From Flavipsychrobacter sp. (GTDB taxonomy: Bacteria; Bacteroidota; Bacteroidia; Chitinophagales; Chitinophagaceae), in contig JANINW010000006.1 of assembly GCA_024508935.1 (NCBI GenBank), positions 91,873 to 155,872 on the forward strand: a stretch of 64,000 nucleotides of DNA, given 5' to 3'. This document shows positions 58,107 to 64,000 of the stretch, in pieces. The position numbers and the translations under genes were made by a program. The notes under the pieces were generated by a model that was not told where the DNA came from, made no database searches, and saw only the letters and a program-made list of their open reading frames with translations. How positions within the stretch are numbered: position 1 is the first letter of the stretch; each line of letters starts with the position of its first letter.

Positions 58107-58796
58107 CTATATAATGCCTTCATCTGCCATGCTAAGGTATTTTGTACCGGCCACTATAAGGTGGTCTAATAAACTGATATCCATCCACTCTGCTGCCTGC
58201 TTCAACTTCTTCGTCAGCTCTTTATCTGCCCCGCTTGGCTGGGTATTGCCCGAAGGGTGGTTGTGCGCTATAATAAGTTTATTGGCATTGTACAGCAACG
58301 CATTTTTTAAGATAATGCGGATGTCAGCGACAGTACCTGTCATGCCGCCACTGCTTATCAGCTCATGCCGGAGCAACCTATTGGCCTGGTTGATGTAAAA
58401 AACACAAAACACTTCATGGTTCAGGTCTCGCATAAGAGGAATAGCGATCTCTGCTATGTCAGCACTGCTGCCAATAGTATCGCGCTGCAAGGCTTCGCCC
58501 ATCTGGCGTCTCCTGCCAAGCTCTAATGCCGCAGCTATGGTTATAGCCCGCGCTTCACCTATACCCTTCGTCTTCTTCAATTCGTTTACCGACAAACGGC
58601 CAAGTTCATGCAGGTTATTAGCGGCCAATGCAAGCACTTCACGCGCCAGGTCCAATGCAGATTTTTCTTTGGTGCCACTCGCTATAAGGATAGCGAGTAA
58701 TTCCGCATCACTTAGTGCTGCAGCGCCTTTCTGCTGCATTTTCTCGCGTGGGCGTTCATCTTCTGCCCAATTCTTTATACTTGTCCCTGGGTTCAT
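58107..58796 (-). CDS. radC: RadC-like JAB-domain protein
   Basis: ERPREK, LSDAELLAILI..G, GIGEARA, HNHPSG..PS..D, LLDHLI. Confidence 0.95.
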   Translation of the reverse strand: MNPGTSIKNWAEDERPREKMQQKGAAALSDAELLAILIASGTKEKSALDLAREVLALAANNLHELGRLSVNELKKTKGIGEARAITIAAALELGRRRQMGEALQRDTIGSSADIAEIAIPLMRDLNHEVFCVFYINQANRLLRHELISSGGMTGTVADIRIILKNALLYNANKLIIAHNHPSGNTQPSGADKELTKKLKQAAEWMDISLLDHLIVAGTKYLSMADEGII

Positions 58797-59093
58797 TTTT
58801 GTGGGTTGTTATATTACCGGTAAATCATATTACATATAGCTAAAACAGGCAACTGCACCTGCAATACATAGTACAAATGGTACGCAGAACTAAAGTATTC
58901 ATTATTAGCCTGTTGAACAAACTATTATGACGGCCCTGGCAGATACATAACAGGATTATCCTTTTTTATTGTAAATACAAGGATGATTTAATTGTTAAAT
59001 AGCGCTGATTTGTTGACAACTAAATTAGAAGCTTTTCACTTTATTGTGTACCTTGTAGTATATCAATTATTTAAGGGGGATAAGAGCACTGTT

Positions 59094-59495
59094 TTGAAAC
59101 AAATTGAATACATATACCTGGCCGATGACGACAGCGATGATTGTTATCTTTTCCAGGAAGCGCTGAATGAGGTAAATGACTACATAAGGCTGAATACCGC
59201 AGAAGACGGGCTGGTATTGATGGACACATTACACAAAGACACCCGCCGCCCCGATATTATTTTCCTGGATATAAATATGCCCGGTAAGAACGGCTTTGAA
59301 TGCCTTGAGGAGATCCGCTCAGCAAAAGAACTACGTAAAATACCGGTGGTAGTATTATCTACATCAGATGCGCAGGAGTCTATTGATAAGGCGTATGAAA
59401 ATGGTGCTAACTGGTATGTACAAAAACCTACCAGCTTTAAAGGATTGAAAAAACTCATCAGCCATTGCCTGGAGCGTGACTGGGAACGCATATAA
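59094..59495 (+). CDS. Stand-alone response regulator (Rcp1/CheY-like), phytochrome-associated
   Basis: LADDDSDD, IFLDINMP, VVLSTS, GAN.YVQKP; no in-frame ATG before the domain, so TTG 59094 is the probable start (ORF opens at 58992). Confidence 0.88.
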   Translation: MKQIEYIYLADDDSDDCYLFQEALNEVNDYIRLNTAEDGLVLMDTLHKDTRRPDIIFLDINMPGKNGFECLEEIRSAKELRKIPVVVLSTSDAQESIDKAYENGANWYVQKPTSFKGLKKLISHCLERDWERI

Positions 59496-59544
59496 TTTTC
59501 CCGATTTTTATAATGCAGTTTAAATCATTTAAGTATCATTGTGC

Positions 59545-60123
59545 ATGACTGATATAAATGCACACAAAGAATCGTTTCTTAAAGAACTAAGAGCGCGTAC
59601 TGACGCCAATCACAAAGCACTTGAACAAAACCCGTATTCCGAAAGGCTAATGAGCCCGGATGTTACAGTAGAAGACTATAAAATATACCTGGAGAAAATG
59701 TATGGGATCATCATGCCTTTTGAGCAAGATATTCAACCAAAACTCTCCCATATTGTTACAGATATGGCAAACAGGCAGAAACACCATTTGCTGTCAAATG
59801 ACCTGGAGATGCTGGGCAGCAACACAGAAAATATACCACAGTATCATTTCAGTATTGCTAACGAAGCTGCTGCGCTGGGAAGCATGTATGTGCTGGAAGG
59901 TTCTACCATGGGCGGAATGGTGATACAAAAACACGTAAGCAAACTGGATGTGCCGGTGCAATATTTTACTTCATACGGCAGCAATACTGCTATGATGTGG
60001 CGCACCTTTATTGATACCCTTACCACCTATGCCGTAACACAAAACAAACAGGAGGAGATCATTGATAGCGCGGTCGCCACCTTTAAAACAATGGATAACT
60101 GGCTATCAGGGAGACAATCATAA
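59545..60123 (+). CDS. bphO: Biliverdin-producing heme oxygenase
   Basis: LRARTDANHKALE (proximal His), ALGSMYVLEGSTMGG distal helix; directly upstream of the phytochrome. Confidence 0.93.
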   Translation: MTDINAHKESFLKELRARTDANHKALEQNPYSERLMSPDVTVEDYKIYLEKMYGIIMPFEQDIQPKLSHIVTDMANRQKHHLLSNDLEMLGSNTENIPQYHFSIANEAAALGSMYVLEGSTMGGMVIQKHVSKLDVPVQYFTSYGSNTAMMWRTFIDTLTTYAVTQNKQEEIIDSAVATFKTMDNWLSGRQS

Positions 60124-60126
60124 ACC

Positions 60127-62399
60127 ATGAACATCAGGGACATCGTAAATAAGGACATTGTAAACCTTACCAACTGTGAAAGTGAACCCATACACATACC
60201 GGGCAGCATACAACCGCACGGCTGCCTGCTGGCCATAGCAGAGAAAGAACATACCATTCTTTTTTGCAGCGCCAATACCAAAGATTATATAGGAATAGAG
60301 CCTGCATTCCTGCTGAATAAAAATCTGGACCAGGTATTTTCCACCAATGATTGCAATAACATTTTGCAAGCGGCTTCTGCCCCTGCTATAGATAATACCG
60401 CATTACCCACTGCCCATATAAACAATACAGATTTCAATATTACCATCAATAGAAGTGGCAATTTATTGATACTGGAATTTGAACCATTCCCTGACGGCAA
60501 ACTTCATCTACCAAACCTCTATACTCAAACAAAAAAATTCACCGCATTCATTGAACAATGCAAAACACTGCGCGCCCTTTGCCAGGCTGTAGCTGAAGAG
60601 ACAAGGAACCTGACCGGTTATGACAGGGTGATGATATACCGCTTTGACGCAGATTATAACGGCGAAGTATTTGCAGAAAGCAAACGTGATGACCTGGAAG
60701 CTTTCCTGGGCCTGCACTACCCGCATACAGACATACCCGTGCAGGCAAGGGAACTGTACATGCGCAATCTTTCGCGTATGATAGCTGATGTAAACTATGA
60801 CCCGGTTCCCATTCTTACCACTACCGGTGACACAGACAACCGTACATTAGACCTGAGTCATGCAGTATTGAGAAGCGTATCACCAATACATATAGAATAC
60901 CTGAAAAACATGGGTGTTGGCGCCACCCTTACCATATCGCTTATTCATAATAAAAAACTGTGGGGGCTCATCTCCTGCCATCACTACGCTTCGCACAACC
61001 TACCGCACTATACACGCCTTGCAGCACAGTTACAAGGCCATTTTCTTACATCGCAAATAAATGTACGGGAGGTAGCAGAAGAATATGACCTTACCCACAC
61101 CAGCGATGCTTACCTGAATGACCTGCAAGACCTGTTGCTTACCAATGGTAGTTTTGTAAAAAACATCATTAATGCACCGGCACTATTGAAACTGGTAAAT
61201 GCAGACGGATGTGCTATTATACACCAGGGCAAGGTTATGCATGCAGGTGAAACCCCAACTAAGCAGGAAATACTGAACCTGGCTATATGGCTGTCAGAAA
61301 ACAGGCCCTCCGGCAAACTGCATACACACAAATTATCAGAAGTATACCCACCGGCCGCTAAAAGTGCGCGGGCAGCCGGTATTATTTATCATGCCTTAAG
61401 CGGCAAACCCGGAGACGGTATTATATGGTTCAGAAAAGAAGTGGAACAAACCGTTAACTGGGGTGGCAACCCTGCCGAAGCTGTTATTAAGAATGCAGCA
61501 GATGGAAAACTATCGCCGCGTAAATCATTTGCGCTTTGGAAACAGATAGTAAAATTGCAAAGCCTGCATTGGAGTAATGCAGAAATAAATGCAGCATCCA
61601 ATTTTGCACAGGCATTCGATAAACAACTCAGTCTTTACTTCCTGGGGCAGGAGGAAGACAAGTACCGCAAACTAAGTGAAGAATTGCTGCAGGCAAATAA
61701 TGAACTGGCAAACTTCAACTGGATAACGACACACGACCTTAAAGAACCTTTGAGAAAAATACAGGTCTTTGCATCGAGGATATTAGACGATGAAAATGCA
61801 AAAGCCATCAACCTGGTAACAGACTCTGCAAACCGGATGAAAGCTGCCGCACAACGCATGCAGGAGCTGATAGAGGATGTATTGCTGTATTCGAATATTG
61901 CCAACAAGGAAAAGAGCTTTGTACCTACCGATCTTAATGAAGAATGGAATGCCGTAAAGACCGAGTATACCGAAGAAATATTTGAGCGGAATGTAATGAT
62001 AGAAGAAGATAACTTACCTACCATCACTGCCATCCCTTTCCAGGTAAGGCAGTTGTTTGTAAACCTGCTGAGCAACGCTATAAAATTTGCCAGGGAAGAT
62101 GAGCCACTGCATATAACACTGGAAACAGAAAAAATAAAGGGCAGCGATACCAAAATAAAAAGCCTCTCGCCGCAAAAGAGCTATTACAAAATTTGTTTCA
62201 CCGATAATGGCATTGGCTTTGACAATGCATATAACGAGAAAATTTTCAACTTGTTCAACAGGCTTAATGCAGCGAAAAAATACAGCGGTACAGGTATAGG
62301 ACTGGCTATTTGTAAAAAGATAATGGAAAATCACAGCGGGGCCATTACAGCATCCGGCAAAACAGATAAAGGAGCTACGTTTTGTTTATATTTTCCTGC

Positions 62400-62403
<4 letters not shown>
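60127..62403 (+). CDS. bphP: Bacteriophytochrome (PAS-GAF-PHY-histidine kinase)
   Basis: LTNC17ESEPIHIPGSIQPHG, GYDRVMIYRF, YPHTDIP.QAR.LY, RSVSPIH.EYLKNMG, SPRKSF tongue, THDLKEPLR H-box, GTGIGL. Confidence 0.96.

Positions 62404-64000
<1,597 letters not shown>

Noticed and set aside
58107-58796. radC as a marker of a mobile element
   Set aside because: This is the full-length chromosomal form with the N-terminal HhH region, not the short MGE-type JAB protein, and there are no mobility genes nearby.

Overview
Gene-dense chromosomal window from a Bacteroidota genome, probably Chitinophagales-like. This is inferred from gldE, the BT_3928 family gene, the exbB-exbD-exbD-tonB order, many TAnnTTTG -7 promoters and the absence of Shine-Dalgarno motifs. 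Most of it is housekeeping or envelope genes: a CzcCBA-type RND efflux operon (cut by the left edge), nif3/zinc-ribbon, etfBA, folP/folC, DUF47-PiT, a SWIM-SNF2 helicase, surA, SulP plus beta-carbonic anhydrase, pfkA, ExbBDD-TonB, ppa, asnS, gldE-ssb-mutY, rpe, radC and eno (cut by the right edge). I saw no rRNA, tRNA, CRISPR array, integrase or transposase. The best candidates for new biology are: (1) two unrelated-looking small upstream ORFs, ahead of the metal-efflux operon and ahead of SulP-carbonic anhydrase, sharing a signal/TM segment, a His/acidic middle and a C-terminal [DE]I-x(1-2)-PPP, which suggests a Bacteroidota ribosome-stalling leader system; (2) an intact response regulator-bphO-bacteriophytochrome light-sensing operon; (3) an 11-bp-phased Pho-box-like array before DUF47-PiT; (4) an unannotated 58-aa hyperacidic protein paired with a small basic protein behind a TspO-like gene; (5) an uncharacterised radical SAM enzyme. 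Product calls come from motif recognition without database searches, and hand-counted coordinates may be off by a few bases.
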